Source: an uncultured Acidobacteriota bacterium
GTDB lineage: Bacteria; Acidobacteriota; Thermoanaerobaculia; Multivoradales; UBA5704
Assembly: GCA_963770895.1 (NCBI GenBank)
Contig: CAVYRF010000002.1
Coordinates: 2,656,001 to 2,720,000, forward strand
Direction of reading: 5' to 3'
DNA: 64,000 bases
Positions within the stretch are counted from its first letter, which is position 1. Each line of letters opens with the position of its first letter. Below the pieces are notes generated by a model. It did no database searches, was not told the DNA's origin, and saw only the letters and a list, made by a program, of their open reading frames with translations. Shown here piece after piece: positions 18,846-34,441 of this stretch. The position numbers were made by a program, and so were the translations under genes.

Positions 18846-19619
18846 TCAGACTTCGGCCGAGGGGCAGATGTCTGCCAGGACGCAGCGCGCGCACGCGGGG
18901 CGCCGGGCAATGCAGACTTCGCGCCCATGAAAGATCAGCAGGTGCGACCACAGGGTCCACGACGGCTGCGGCACCAGGGCCATCAGGTCGCGCTCGATCT
19001 TTTCGGGATCGGTCTGTTCGGTCAAGCCCAGGCGGTGGCTCAAGCGCTGCACGTGGGTGTCGACGACCACCCCGACGTTCTGGCCGAAGCCGCTCCCCAG
19101 GACGACGTTGGCGGTCTTGCGGCCGACGCCGGGCAGGCCGCGCAGCTCTTCCATGGTGTCCGGCACCTTGCCGCCGTGCTCCGCCACCAGCGCCTGCCCG
19201 AGCCCCAGCAGCGACCGCGCCTTGTTGTGGAAGAAGCCGGTGGTGCGCACCAGCTCTTCGAGCTCGGGGATGGTGGCCTTGGCCAGCTCGCGCGGCGACG
19301 GGAAACGGCGGAACAGCGCCGGCGTGACCATGTTGACCCGCTGGTCGGTGCACTGCGCCGACAGGATCGTGGCCACCAGCAGCTGGTAGGGGTTGTCGTG
19401 GTGCAGGGCGGTTTGCGCGTGGGGGTAGGCGCGGTGCAGGCGGTCCAGGATCTGCGCCGTGCGGCGCCGGCGCGCCGCGCCCGATTCGCGCCGCGCCTGG
19501 CCGGGGGTGAGGTGCGGCCGCGGTGGCGCGCCGTCCGGAGCGGCGGCGGCGTTGTCGGCGGCCGGGGCGGCGGCGGCACGGGCAGGACGGGCGGGGCGTG
19601 ACTGGGGGGTGCGCGGCAT
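18846..19619 (-). CDS. nth: Endonuclease III
   Basis: LLVATILSAQCTD, HhH LPGVGRKTANVV, VDTHV, FeS motif C-x6-C-x2-C-x5-C. Confidence 0.95.
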   Translation of the reverse strand: MPRTPQSRPARPARAAAAPAADNAAAAPDGAPPRPHLTPGQARRESGAARRRRTAQILDRLHRAYPHAQTALHHDNPYQLLVATILSAQCTDQRVNMVTPALFRRFPSPRELAKATIPELEELVRTTGFFHNKARSLLGLGQALVAEHGGKVPDTMEELRGLPGVGRKTANVVLGSGFGQNVGVVVDTHVQRLSHRLGLTEQTDPEKIERDLMALVPQPSWTLWSHLLIFHGREVCIARRPACARCVLADICPSAEV

Positions 19620-19627
19620 CGCCGGGC

Positions 19628-19969
19628 TCAATCGGCGAACGCCCGCACTGCCCAGTTGAACAGCCCGATGACCAGGCCGCCGACGATGGCGGTGCCGCAG
19701 CCGGCGACCTTGAGGTGGTGCGGCAGGAGCATCGCCGCCAGGTACAGCACGAAGCCGTTGATCAGCAGGTAGAACAGACCCAGCGACAGCACGATCAACG
19801 GCAGCGACAGGAAGGTCAGGATCGGCTTGACCAGCAGGTTGAGCAGGCCGAGCACCAGGCCGGCCAGCAGCAGCCATTCGATGCCGCCGCTGTAATGGAT
19901 GCCGGGGACCAGGGTGGCCGCCAGCCACAGCGCCACGGCGTTGAGCACGACCTGCAACAGGGCACGCAT
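19628..19969 (-). CDS. YvlD/DUF360-type 4-TM membrane protein ('phage holin family')
   Basis: LLNLLVKPILTFLSLPLIVLSLGLFYLLING signature. Confidence 0.85.
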   Translation of the reverse strand: MRALLQVVLNAVALWLAATLVPGIHYSGGIEWLLLAGLVLGLLNLLVKPILTFLSLPLIVLSLGLFYLLINGFVLYLAAMLLPHHLKVAGCGTAIVGGLVIGLFNWAVRAFAD

Positions 19970-20002
19970 GATGGGCCACGTCCTCCTACAGAGACAGAGA
20001 CG

Positions 20003-20530
20003 CTAACGGGAAGCCAGGATGAAGTCGCCGGCGATCGCCCGCGCTTGCGCCGCGACCCGGCGTTCGTTTTCGAAGCTGAGCTTTGCCAGGCCCTCGTCCC
20101 AGCCGAACCAGCCGGCGCCGGACACTTCCCGCGGGTCGAAGTCGGCGGCGTCGCCGCTGACGTAGGCCAGCAGGAAGTAGTCGACGTGCTTGTGGACGCG
20201 CAGCGCCCCCTTCTCCACGTACCAGTATTCGATCTCGGACAGCGGCGCCAGCACGCGGCCGGTGACGCCCGTCTCTTCGCGCACTTCGCGCACCGCCGCC
20301 TGGGCCGCGGTTTCACCGGCTTCGATATGGCCTTTGGCCAGCTGCCAGCGGCGGCCGTTGTGGGTCGAGATGAGCAGGATCTCCGGCGGATCGCCGCGCA
20401 CGATCAGGCCGCCGGCGGAGCGGTGATGCTCGGTCTTGAGCGCGCGGCCGCCGGGGCCGGCCGGTCCGCGGGGGTCGGCGGGGGCGGGGCCACCGCCGCC
20501 GCCGCCCTCAGTTGGCCGTCTCTTCGCCAT
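20003..20530 (-). CDS. NUDIX hydrolase
   Basis: Nudix box [22 protein letters not shown]. Confidence 0.9.
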   Translation of the reverse strand: MAKRRPTEGGGGGGPAPADPRGPAGPGGRALKTEHHRSAGGLIVRGDPPEILLISTHNGRRWQLAKGHIEAGETAAQAAVREVREETGVTGRVLAPLSEIEYWYVEKGALRVHKHVDYFLLAYVSGDAADFDPREVSGAGWFGWDEGLAKLSFENERRVAAQARAIAGDFILASR

Positions 20531-21131
20531 TGCCGCTGGGGGTCCACGAAGGCAGGGTGGCGGGGTTGACCCCCACCGATTCGAGCGCCGCCGCCCACAC
20601 CCGGTCGGGGTCCGGGGCGAAGATCAGGTCGCCCAGCGCCGGCGCGGTCAGCCAATCGTTGCGCAGGATCTCTTCGATCAGCTGGCCGGCGCCCCACCCC
20701 GCGTAGCCGAGAAACAGCCGGAACCGCTCCGGCGGCCCCTGGGCCAGCCGCGCCAGGTCGCCGACGTGCTGGGTGAGGGAGACGCCGGCGAACACCTCGG
20801 TCGCGGCGCCCGCGGGCGGGGCGTCCGCGGATGGGGCATCTGCGGAGGGAGCGTCTGCGGACGGGGCGCCGAACAGCACGGTGCCCAGCTGCGGCTGGAC
20901 CGGACCGCCGAAGTGGGCCACGGCGTCGTCGCGGCCGTGCCAATCGATGTCCATACCCTTGAGGATCTCGGCCATCTTGATGCCAGTCGGCCGGTTGACG
21001 ATGAACCCGGTGCTGCCGTCGTCTTCGTGGTGTACCAAGAGCACCACGCTGCGATGGAAGAACGGGTCAAGCACCTGCGGCATGGCGACCAACAGGACGG
21101 GAGTCTGCAAGGTCGCGGAGGCGCCTGGCAT
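20508..21131 (-). CDS. YqgE/AlgH family protein
   Basis: [36 protein letters not shown]. Confidence 0.9.
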   Translation of the reverse strand: MPGASATLQTPVLLVAMPQVLDPFFHRSVVLLVHHEDDGSTGFIVNRPTGIKMAEILKGMDIDWHGRDDAVAHFGGPVQPQLGTVLFGAPSADAPSADAPSADAPPAGAATEVFAGVSLTQHVGDLARLAQGPPERFRLFLGYAGWGAGQLIEEILRNDWLTAPALGDLIFAPDPDRVWAAALESVGVNPATLPSWTPSGNGEETAN

Positions 21132-21248
21132 GGCGGCATCTTACCCCGGACCGCTGTCGGCTTGCCGGGGAAGCTGGTATTGTCGCGGCAAGCGCGGCGC
21201 GGACGCCGTTGTGCCGCCGCCGCCGTAGAGCCCCCTGGGAGAGATCCG

Positions 21249-24065
<2,817 letters not shown>

Positions 24066-24145
24066 CGCCCCGCGGCAGCGGCTCTACCTTCTTTTGTATC
24101 TGAGACTTGCCGGCGATCTGCAACGCCGGCCGAGGAGGCTCCCCC

Positions 24146-24565
24146 ATGCACCAGCACACGCGTTTCAGCCCGGCCGCGACCGCCCTCTTCCTGGCCCTGA
24201 CCCTGTTCGCGGTGGTGGCGCCGCTGGCGCCGGTCGCCGCCCACGCCGCCGCCGACCCCTCCGTGGCGCACGTCGACGGCTACATCAGCGTCAGCCCCGA
24301 CGGCCGCTGCATGGCGCTGCGCCAGCACGACGGGTCGCTGCTCACCCTGGACGGGCGGCGCCGCGGCCTGCTGAACAACGATCACGTGCGGATGGAAGGG
24401 CGCATGGTGGCCGACAACCGCTGCGGCGGCCAGGGCGGCTTCGACATCTCGCTGGTGCAGACCATCTGGGCCGACGACCGCCACAAGTCGACCTATTACG
24501 ACCAGCTGCGCGACGGCACCTTCGACAACTGGCTGGCACGCAACCGCCCCAACCTGTTGCATTGA
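24146..24565 (+). CDS. Secreted hypothetical protein with two Cys
   Basis: GAGGAGG RBS, signal peptide ending AHA, small beta-rich mature domain. Confidence 0.7.
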   Translation: MHQHTRFSPAATALFLALTLFAVVAPLAPVAAHAAADPSVAHVDGYISVSPDGRCMALRQHDGSLLTLDGRRRGLLNNDHVRMEGRMVADNRCGGQGGFDISLVQTIWADDRHKSTYYDQLRDGTFDNWLARNRPNLLH

Positions 24566-24606
24566 CGCGCAGCGCGGCCGCCGACTTCTGATACCGTACT
24601 CGCGTC

Positions 24607-25506
24607 ATGACGCAAGCGACCTCTACGGCGGCGCCGCAGCCGCGCGCCGATGTTACGACCATCCGCATCGCCCACAGTCCCGACTCGGACGATGCGTTCA
24701 TGTTCTACGCCCTCACCCAGGGCCGCCTGGACATCGCCGGGCTGCGTGTCGAGCACGTGCTGCGCGACATCGAAACCCTCAACCAGGCGGCCTTCGCCGG
24801 CACCTACGAGATCACCGCGCTGTCGTTCCACGCCTATGCCCACCTGGCGGACCGGTATCAGCTGATGCCGTCCGGCGCCAGCTTCGGCGACGGCTACGGC
24901 CCGATCGTGGTGTGCCGTGACGCCGCCGCCGGCGGCCGCCTCACCCGCGAAAGCCTGGCCGGCCGCAAGGTGGCGATCCCCGGCCAGCTGACCACGGCAA
25001 ACCTGGCCTTGCGCCTGTGGCAGCCGGACGTCGCGACCCACATCGTCCCCTTCGACCGCATCCTGGACGTCGTGGCAGACGGCGAAGCCGACGCCGGCGT
25101 GGTGATCCACGAAGGCCAGCTGACCTATGGCGAGCAGGGGCTTGCCGCGGTCGTCGACCTGGGCGCCTGGTGGAAGGACACGACCGGCCTGCCGCTGCCG
25201 CTGGGCGGCAACGGCATCCGGCGCGACCTCGACCCGGCGCTCAAGGAGCGCCTGTCGCAGCTGCTCACGGCCAGCATCGCCTACGGGCTGGACCACCGGC
25301 AGGAAGCGCTGTCCTACGCGGTGCAGTACGCGCGCGGCCTGGAGGACGATCCCGAGCGTTCCGACCACTTCGTCAGCATGTACGTCAACGAGTGGACCCG
25401 CGACTACGGCGAGGCCGGACGCCGCGCCGTGCAGCTGCTGCTCGACCGCGGTTTCGCCGCCGGCCTGCTGCCGGCCCACGTCACTGCCGAGTTCGTCACC
25501 GCCTGA
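24607..25506 (+). CDS. mqnD: 1,4-dihydroxy-6-naphthoate synthase (futalosine pathway)
   Basis: IAHSPDSDDAFMFYAL, DIETLN, GDGYGP, IHEGQLTY, LPLPLG, MYVNE. Confidence 0.85.
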   Translation: MTQATSTAAPQPRADVTTIRIAHSPDSDDAFMFYALTQGRLDIAGLRVEHVLRDIETLNQAAFAGTYEITALSFHAYAHLADRYQLMPSGASFGDGYGPIVVCRDAAAGGRLTRESLAGRKVAIPGQLTTANLALRLWQPDVATHIVPFDRILDVVADGEADAGVVIHEGQLTYGEQGLAAVVDLGAWWKDTTGLPLPLGGNGIRRDLDPALKERLSQLLTASIAYGLDHRQEALSYAVQYARGLEDDPERSDHFVSMYVNEWTRDYGEAGRRAVQLLLDRGFAAGLLPAHVTAEFVTA

Positions 25507-25515
25507 GCGCGCGGT

Positions 25516-25540
25516 GTCCCCTGCGGCAACCGCAGGGGAC
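25516..25540. repeat. Perfect GC-rich intergenic hairpin
   Basis: GTCCCCTGCGG-CAA-CCGCAGGGGAC. No U tract. Confidence 0.6.
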
Positions 25541-25575
25541 GCTGGCGGCGGCTCGCCCGGCGGAAAGGAGCGCCC

Positions 25576-26307
25576 GTGCCGCGCGGCATCATCTTCGACC
25601 TCGACGGCACCCTGATCGATTCGCGGCGCGACATCGCGACCGCGGTCAATCGCATGCGGTCCGAACGCGACCTGCCGCCGCTGTCCGTCGCCGCCGTCGA
25701 CCGCATGATGGGCGAGGGGGCGCGCGTCCTGGTGCGCCGGGCGCTGCCGCCCGGCCTGGGCAAGGACGAGCTGCGCCAGGCCGTCACCAGCTACCTGGCG
25801 CACTACGAAGCGGTGTGCCTGGATACCACGGTCGCCTTTGCGGGTGTGCCGGCGATGCTCTCGTCGCTGGTGGAGGGCTTTGCCCTGGGCGTGCTCAGCA
25901 ACAAGGGCGAAGCCCTGTGCCGCCGCATCCTGGACGCCCTGGGCCTGGCCCGCCACCTGCGCGAAGTCGTCGGCGGCGACACCCTGCCCACCCGCAAGCC
26001 CAATCCCGGCGGCCTGTTCCTGCTCGCCGACCGCTTCGGCATGGCGGCGGAAACGCTGCTGCTGGTGGGCGACAGCGACGTCGACGCGCGCACCGCGCAG
26101 GCCGCCGGCTGTCCTTTCGCCCTCACCATCTGGGGGCAATCGGGCCAGGCGGGGCAGGACGGCGGGGCGTCCGGACCGGACGCCCCCACCGCCGTCGATG
26201 CGACCGGCGACGTGGACGCGCTGGTCACCGGCGGCCTCAAGCCGGCCTGGTGCTTCGCCCACCCCGCCGACCTGCAAGCCGCCTTCGGCCGCCCCGACGA
26301 CGACTAG
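25576..26307 (+). CDS. HAD hydrolase, phosphoglycolate phosphatase-like
   Basis: FDLDGTLIDS, LSNK, KPNP, VGDSDVD. Confidence 0.85.
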   Translation: MPRGIIFDLDGTLIDSRRDIATAVNRMRSERDLPPLSVAAVDRMMGEGARVLVRRALPPGLGKDELRQAVTSYLAHYEAVCLDTTVAFAGVPAMLSSLVEGFALGVLSNKGEALCRRILDALGLARHLREVVGGDTLPTRKPNPGGLFLLADRFGMAAETLLLVGDSDVDARTAQAAGCPFALTIWGQSGQAGQDGGASGPDAPTAVDATGDVDALVTGGLKPAWCFAHPADLQAAFGRPDDD

Positions 26308-26427
26308 CGCCGTCCCGGCGCCCGCGACGCGGCGAGCGTCCGCCGTGCCGCGCGCGCGAGGGCTTGTGATATTTTTCGCGCACCGGTCTGTCCGGCCGCG
26401 GCTTACCATCCCCCAGGAGGACAGCGC

Positions 26428-27672
<1,245 letters not shown>

Positions 27673-27695
27673 ATCCAAAGACAACGGAGCTCCTG

Positions 27696-28619
27696 ATGCA
27701 CTACAAAGTCACCGTGGTGGGCGCCGGCAACGTCGGCGCCACGACCGCGCAGCGGATCGCCGAGGCCGACCTGGCCGACGTCGTGATGGTGGACGTGGCC
27801 GCCGACCTCGCCACCGGCAAGGCGCTCGACATGATGGAGGCCGCGCCCATCATGGGGTTCAACGCCCGCGTCAGCGGCGGCGGCGACTACGCCCTGACCG
27901 CCGGCTCGCACGTCTGCGTGGTCACCGCGGGCCTGGCGCGCAAGCCGGGGATGAGCCGCGACGACCTGCGCAACAAGAACACTGAAATCGTGCACGAGGT
28001 GGTCAAGAACCTGGTCGAGCATTCGCCCGACACCATCCTGATCGTGGTCACCAACCCGCTCGACGCCATGTGCGAGGTGGCGCGGCGCGCCTCCGGTTTC
28101 CCGCGCGAGCGCGTGCTGGGCATGGCGGGGGTGCTCGACGGCGGGCGCATGCGCTGGTTCATCGCCGACGAGCTCAAGGTGTCGGTGCAGGACGTCGACG
28201 CCTTCGTCCTGGGCGGCCACGGCGACACCATGGTGCCGCTGCCGCGCTATGCCACGGTCAACGGCATCCCGCTGCCGCAGCTGCTGGCCGCCGACCGCAT
28301 CGAAGCGATCAACCTGCGCACCAAGAACGGCGGCGCTGAAATCGTCAACTACTACAAGACCGGCTCCGCCTACTACGCGCCGGCCGCGGCCAGCTATGAA
28401 ATGGTGGCGGCGATCCTCCAGGACAAAAAGAAGATCCTGCCCTGCGCCGTGCAGCTCAAAGGCGAATACGGCGTTCACGACCTGTTCGTCGGCGTGCCGG
28501 TGAAGCTGGGCCGGGGCGGCGCCGAAAAGGTGGTCGAGCTGGCGCTGACCGGCGAAGAGCAGGCGCTGTTCGACCAGTCGGTGGCCGCGGTCCGCGGCCT
28601 GGTCGCGGAGCTGTCGTAA
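27696..28619 (+). CDS. mdh: Malate dehydrogenase (LDH-like)
   Basis: GAGNVG, RKPGMSRDDL, VTNPLDAM, GGHGD, GSAYYAP. Confidence 0.95.
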   Translation: MHYKVTVVGAGNVGATTAQRIAEADLADVVMVDVAADLATGKALDMMEAAPIMGFNARVSGGGDYALTAGSHVCVVTAGLARKPGMSRDDLRNKNTEIVHEVVKNLVEHSPDTILIVVTNPLDAMCEVARRASGFPRERVLGMAGVLDGGRMRWFIADELKVSVQDVDAFVLGGHGDTMVPLPRYATVNGIPLPQLLAADRIEAINLRTKNGGAEIVNYYKTGSAYYAPAAASYEMVAAILQDKKKILPCAVQLKGEYGVHDLFVGVPVKLGRGGAEKVVELALTGEEQALFDQSVAAVRGLVAELS

Positions 28620-28719
28620 GCCGCTGGCGGTTCCGGCGATCGTGAAGGGGCGGCGGCCCGCCGCCGCATGAGCCGCGCCGGCGCCCGCGGCCTCGCGGGC
28701 GCCGGGCGGCACCGGACAA

Positions 28720-31122
28720 ATGCGCACGTCGCGACATCTCATCTTCTGGGCGCTGGCCGGCGCGGCCGGCGCCCTGCTGCTGGTCTCGGCCTACCAGCGC
28801 GCGGTGCCGCTCGGGCCGCGCAGCTGGCGCTTCTCCGAGGCGCGGGCGATCGCCGAGCTGCGCCACCGCGTGGGCGCGCTGGGCGAGCCGCTGCGCGACA
28901 CCTTCGTGGTCGCCCGGCTTTCCGGCAACCAGGTTTTGGAGCGCCGCCTGCAGCTCATGCTGGACACCATGCCGATGGCTCGCCTGCGTGCCACGGGCCT
29001 GCCGGACCAGGTGTCGGTGTGGGTCGCGGAATTCTACCGGCCGGACGCGGTGCGGGGCGACTATGCGGCCAGGGGCGAGCTGTCGCCGGACGGTGCGCTG
29101 ATCTCGCTGCATCTGCACGTCGACGCGTACGCCAAGGGAGAGTCCCCCTCGCCGGCCGCGGCGCGGGCGCTGGCCGAGCGCTTCCTGCGCGGCGAAGGGA
29201 TCGCCCTGGACCGCTACGGTGAGCCGGAGATCCGCACCCAGCAGCTGGCGGCGCGCACCGACACCACGGTGCGCTACCGCGACCGCGAGCGGCCGCCGGA
29301 CGGCGCCGGCTTCGGCGTCGAGGTGAAGCTGGCCGGCAACCAGGTGTCGGACTTCGGGCACTGGATGGACGACGGGTCGACGACCAAGACGGCGCAGCGC
29401 AACCTGCAAGGGGTGCAGGCCTTCGTCTTCGGACACTTCGCGGTGGCGTACTTTCTGCTGGTGGCGCTGGCGGTGCCGTTCCTCAGGCGCTACCACGAAG
29501 GGGAGATCGGCGTGCGGCGCGGCGTCCAGCTGTTCGCGCTGTGCGGCGCGGCCGGCCTGGTGTTCATGCTGATGGTGGCGCGCGCGTCGTCCGACGACTT
29601 CGGCTTTGCCTTCGCGACGCCGCGCCAGGCGGTCGGCTTCGCCGTGCTGTTCGGCACGCTGTTCAACGTGGTGCCGCGCGCCCTGCTGGCGTTTCTCGCC
29701 TGGTCGGTGGGCGAAGCGCTCTGCCGCGAGCGCTGGGGCCAAAAGCTGTCTTCCTTCGACGCCCTGTTCCGGCGGCAGTGGGCCAACGCCACGGTCGCCT
29801 CGTCCGCGCTCGCCGGCATCCTGGCCGGGATCGCCCTGGCCGGGGTGGCGGTGGCGGTGCTGCTGCCGCTCGAGCGGCTGGGCGTCTGGCCGGTGATGAC
29901 GGTGACGCACGGTGTCGACAGCGGCTGGGCGGGGCTCGAAGCGGCGATCAGCCTGATCGCCTTTCAGCTGCCGGTCCAGATGACGGTGGCGCTGTGCGCA
30001 CTGCCGATCCTGGCGCGCTGGCTGGGGCGCACCGGCGGGCTGCTGACCACCGCCCTGCTGTCGGTGGCCTGTACCTCGATACCGCTGCTGGTGCTGCCGC
30101 TCGGTTGGGCGGTCCTGCTGTCGTTCGCCGCCGCCGCCGCCCTGCTGTGGGTGTTCGTGAGCGTCGACCTGCTCGCCTTCCTGCTCGCCGGCTCGACCGC
30201 CGTCTATCTGCTGATCATCGTGCCGATGCTCGAAGCCGCCGATCCCATGCTGCGCCTGCTCGGCTGGGCCGGGCTTGCCCTGCTGGCGACGCCGCTGTGG
30301 CTGTCGGTGCGGTTTCTGGGCAGCCGGCGTGAGATTTCCTACCGCTACGAAGACATCCCGCCGCACGTGCGGCGCATCGCCGACCGCGAGCGGCAGCGCG
30401 TCGAGCTGGAAACGGCGCGGCGCATCCAGAGCTCGATCCTGCCCGAGCTGCCGCCGCGGCTTGCCGGCGTCGAGCTGGCGCACGCCTACCTGCCCGCCTC
30501 CGAGGTGGGGGGCGACTTCTACGACGTGCTGGCGCTCGACGACGGGCGCCTGGCGCTGGCGGTCGGCGACGTCGCCGGCCACGGCGTGTCCAGCGGCCTG
30601 GTGATGGCGATGGCCAAGTCGGCGCTGGCGGTGCAGGTGACCTTCGATCCGGAGGTGGCGCCGGTGTTCGTCACCCTCAACCGCACGGTCTACCAGACCG
30701 CCCGCAAACGCCTGCTGGCGACGTTTTGCTACGCCCTGCTCGACCCGGTGCGGCGCGAGCTGCTGTACGCCAGCGCCGGCCACCTCTATCCCTACCGCAT
30801 CAGCGCCGGCGGCAAGGTCGAGGAACTGCGCGCCAACGGCTACCCGCTGGGGGTGCGGCGCACCATCGAGATCGAACCGCGGCGGACGCAGCTCGACCCC
30901 GGCGACCTGCTGTTCCTGTTCAGCGACGGCCTGGTCGAAGCGCGCGCCGAGGGCAGCGACGAAGTGTTCGGCTTCGACCGCCTGGAGCAGAGCCTGGGGC
31001 GGCACGCCGCCGGCGGCGTCGAGGCTCTGCGCGATCAGGTGCTGGCCGACGTCGCCGACTTCGCCCGCCACGCGCCGCGCGAAGACGACATGACCGTGGT
31101 GGTGGTGCGGCTGCCGGCGTAG
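28720..31122 (+). CDS. Membrane-bound PP2C/SpoIIE-family phosphatase
   Basis: Extracytoplasmic N-domain and many TM helices, then VGGDFYD, GDVAGHG, SDGLVEA, EDDMT. Confidence 0.85.
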   Translation: MRTSRHLIFWALAGAAGALLLVSAYQRAVPLGPRSWRFSEARAIAELRHRVGALGEPLRDTFVVARLSGNQVLERRLQLMLDTMPMARLRATGLPDQVSVWVAEFYRPDAVRGDYAARGELSPDGALISLHLHVDAYAKGESPSPAAARALAERFLRGEGIALDRYGEPEIRTQQLAARTDTTVRYRDRERPPDGAGFGVEVKLAGNQVSDFGHWMDDGSTTKTAQRNLQGVQAFVFGHFAVAYFLLVALAVPFLRRYHEGEIGVRRGVQLFALCGAAGLVFMLMVARASSDDFGFAFATPRQAVGFAVLFGTLFNVVPRALLAFLAWSVGEALCRERWGQKLSSFDALFRRQWANATVASSALAGILAGIALAGVAVAVLLPLERLGVWPVMTVTHGVDSGWAGLEAAISLIAFQLPVQMTVALCALPILARWLGRTGGLLTTALLSVACTSIPLLVLPLGWAVLLSFAAAAALLWVFVSVDLLAFLLAGSTAVYLLIIVPMLEAADPMLRLLGWAGLALLATPLWLSVRFLGSRREISYRYEDIPPHVRRIADRERQRVELETARRIQSSILPELPPRLAGVELAHAYLPASEVGGDFYDVLALDDGRLALAVGDVAGHGVSSGLVMAMAKSALAVQVTFDPEVAPVFVTLNRTVYQTARKRLLATFCYALLDPVRRELLYASAGHLYPYRISAGGKVEELRANGYPLGVRRTIEIEPRRTQLDPGDLLFLFSDGLVEARAEGSDEVFGFDRLEQSLGRHAAGGVEALRDQVLADVADFARHAPREDDMTVVVVRLPA

Positions 31123-31234
31123 GGCGGGCGCGCGCCGCGTGCGCCGGCGCCGCCGGGGGAGCCGGGTGGGATAGACTCCGGCGGTTCGCGCCGGCGGGTC
31201 CGTGGGACCGCCAGACCAAGGAAGAGGGGGCTTT

Positions 31235-32404
<1,170 letters not shown>

Positions 32405-33277
32405 ATGGCGATCTGGGTGAACCGCGACACGCGCCTGGTGGTGCAGGGCATCACCGGCAAGGAAGGGCTGTTCCACGCCCTGGCCTGCCGCGACTACGGC
32501 ACGCAGGTGGTGGCCGGGGTGACGCCGGGCAAGGGCGGCACCACGGTCGAAGGCATCGCGGTCTACGACTCGATGGCGGAAGCGCGCCAGGCCAGCGGCT
32601 GCAACGCCTCGATGATCTTCGTGCCGCCGCCGTTCGCGGCCGACGCCATCATGGAGTCGGCGGCGGCGGGGGTTGAACTGACGGTGTGCATCACCGAAGG
32701 CATTCCGGTGGCCGACATGCTGCGGGTCAAGGCGTTCCTGGCGGACCACCCGACGCGCCTGATCGGCCCCAACTGCCCCGGCCTGATCTCGCCGGGCATG
32801 GCCAAGATCGGCATCATGCCGGGCCACATCCACCGCCAGGGCGGCGTCGGCGTCATCAGCCGCTCCGGCACCCTGACGTATGAAGCGGTCTGGCAGCTGA
32901 CCAACCTGGGGCTGGGGCAGTCCACCTGCGTCGGCATCGGCGGCGACCCCATCAACGGCACCAACTTCATCGACGTGCTGGAGCGCTTCGCCGCCGACCC
33001 CGATACGGAAGGGATCGTGATGATCGGCGAGATCGGCGGCAGCGCCGAAGAAGAAGCGGCGGCCTGGATCGCCGACAACTACAAGCGGCCGGTGGTCGGC
33101 TTCATCGCCGGCCGCACCGCGCCGCCCGGCCGCCGCATGGGCCACGCCGGCGCCATCGTCGCCGGCGGCAAGGGCACGGCTGCCGAAAAGATGGAAGCCA
33201 TGCGCGCCGCGGGGCTGCACGTCGTCGAATCGCCGGCGCAGCTGGGTGAGACGATGGCGTGGGCGCTGGGACACTAG
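32405..33277 (+). CDS. sucD: Succinyl-CoA synthetase alpha subunit
   Basis: [28 protein letters not shown]. Confidence 0.97.
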   Translation: MAIWVNRDTRLVVQGITGKEGLFHALACRDYGTQVVAGVTPGKGGTTVEGIAVYDSMAEARQASGCNASMIFVPPPFAADAIMESAAAGVELTVCITEGIPVADMLRVKAFLADHPTRLIGPNCPGLISPGMAKIGIMPGHIHRQGGVGVISRSGTLTYEAVWQLTNLGLGQSTCVGIGGDPINGTNFIDVLERFAADPDTEGIVMIGEIGGSAEEEAAAWIADNYKRPVVGFIAGRTAPPGRRMGHAGAIVAGGKGTAAEKMEAMRAAGLHVVESPAQLGETMAWALGH

Positions 33278-33289
33278 GGGCCGCCCGGG

Positions 33290-33988
33290 GTGGCGGTCTT
33301 CGAGCGCCTCCCCGGCAAGGGGTGGCTGGCGCTTCTGGGCGGCGGCGAATTCAGCTTCGGCGAGACGCTGGAAGCGGACCGGGCCTGGCTCGCCAGGGTG
33401 CCGCAGGGGCCGGTCGGCTTCGTGCCGGCGGCGAGCGGCTCCAACGACTATCCGCGCCACTTCGCCGCCTATCTGCGGCAGAGCTTCGGACGCGAAGTCG
33501 AGACGCTGCCGATCTACCGCGGGCGCGACGGGCGGCGCGGCAGGAACGCCGAACGCATCCGCGACTGCGCGGCGGTGTACCTGGGCGGCGGTGTGACCGA
33601 TCACCTGATGGAAGCGCTGGCCGGGTCGCCGGCGCTGGATGCGCTGGGCGAGCGGCTGGCCGGCGGCGGCATGGTGGTGGCGATCGCGGCGGCCGCCCAG
33701 GCGGCGGGGGCGGTGGCGCGCAGCATCGCGCCCGGCCGCACCTTGCCGGGCTTCGGCTGGCTGCCGGCGGGAGCGGTCGAGCCCAATTTCGATCCGGGCC
33801 ACGACCGCCGCCTGCGCCGCCTGCTGGCGCAGCCCGGCGTGCGCTGGGGCCTGGGTCTGCCGGCCGGCTCGGCGGTGCTGCTGGGGCCGGATACGGTCCA
33901 GGTGGTGGGAACGGTGTTCCGGCTCGACGAGCCGGAGGGAGACCTGCAAGTGCTGGAAGGCGCGGGCGGGGATGAGATCAACTCTTGA
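33290..33988 (+). CDS. Peptidase S51/cyanophycinase-like class I GAT-fold protein, catalytic residues apparently lost
   Basis: LALLGGGEF, FVPAAS, VYLGGG. The GxSAG site reads AIAAA and the PH(F) site reads PNF. Confidence 0.65.
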   Translation: MAVFERLPGKGWLALLGGGEFSFGETLEADRAWLARVPQGPVGFVPAASGSNDYPRHFAAYLRQSFGREVETLPIYRGRDGRRGRNAERIRDCAAVYLGGGVTDHLMEALAGSPALDALGERLAGGGMVVAIAAAAQAAGAVARSIAPGRTLPGFGWLPAGAVEPNFDPGHDRRLRRLLAQPGVRWGLGLPAGSAVLLGPDTVQVVGTVFRLDEPEGDLQVLEGAGGDEINS

Positions 33989-34004
33989 AGCAGGGGAGCA
34001 TGCG

Positions 34005-34427
34005 ATGGAAACGACATTGGCGATTCTCAAGCCGGACAGCGTCGCTGCCGGCCATGCGGGCAGGATCGTTGCCCATTTGCAGGAAGCCGGCTTCACCGTG
34101 CGCGGCGTGCGCATGCTGCGGCTGAGCCAGGAGCAGGCGCAGGCGTTCTACGAGGTGCACAAGGAGCGGCCGTTCTACGGCAGCCTGGTGGAATTCATGA
34201 CCAGCGGCCCGGTGATGCCGCTGGCGCTGGAGCGCGACAACGCGGTGGCGCACCTGCGCGAAGTGATGGGGGCGACCGACGTGGCCAAGGCCGCCCCCGG
34301 CACGGTGCGGGCGCTGTTCGGCACCTCGATCGAGCGCAACGCCATCCACGGCAGCGATTCGGCGGCCAACGCCGCCGCCGAGCTGGCCTTCTTTTTCTCG
34401 CGCGCCGAGCTGCTCGCGGCGCGCTGA
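34005..34427 (+). CDS. ndk: Nucleoside diphosphate kinase
   Basis: TLAILKPD, FYEVHKERPF, NAIHGSDS. Confidence 0.97.
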   Translation: METTLAILKPDSVAAGHAGRIVAHLQEAGFTVRGVRMLRLSQEQAQAFYEVHKERPFYGSLVEFMTSGPVMPLALERDNAVAHLREVMGATDVAKAAPGTVRALFGTSIERNAIHGSDSAANAAAELAFFFSRAELLAAR

Positions 34428-34441
34428 CCGCAGGAGGAGTC

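Noticed and set aside
19628-19969. 'Phage holin' as evidence of a prophage
   Set aside because: YvlD/DUF360 proteins are common chromosomal membrane proteins, and no phage genes are nearby.
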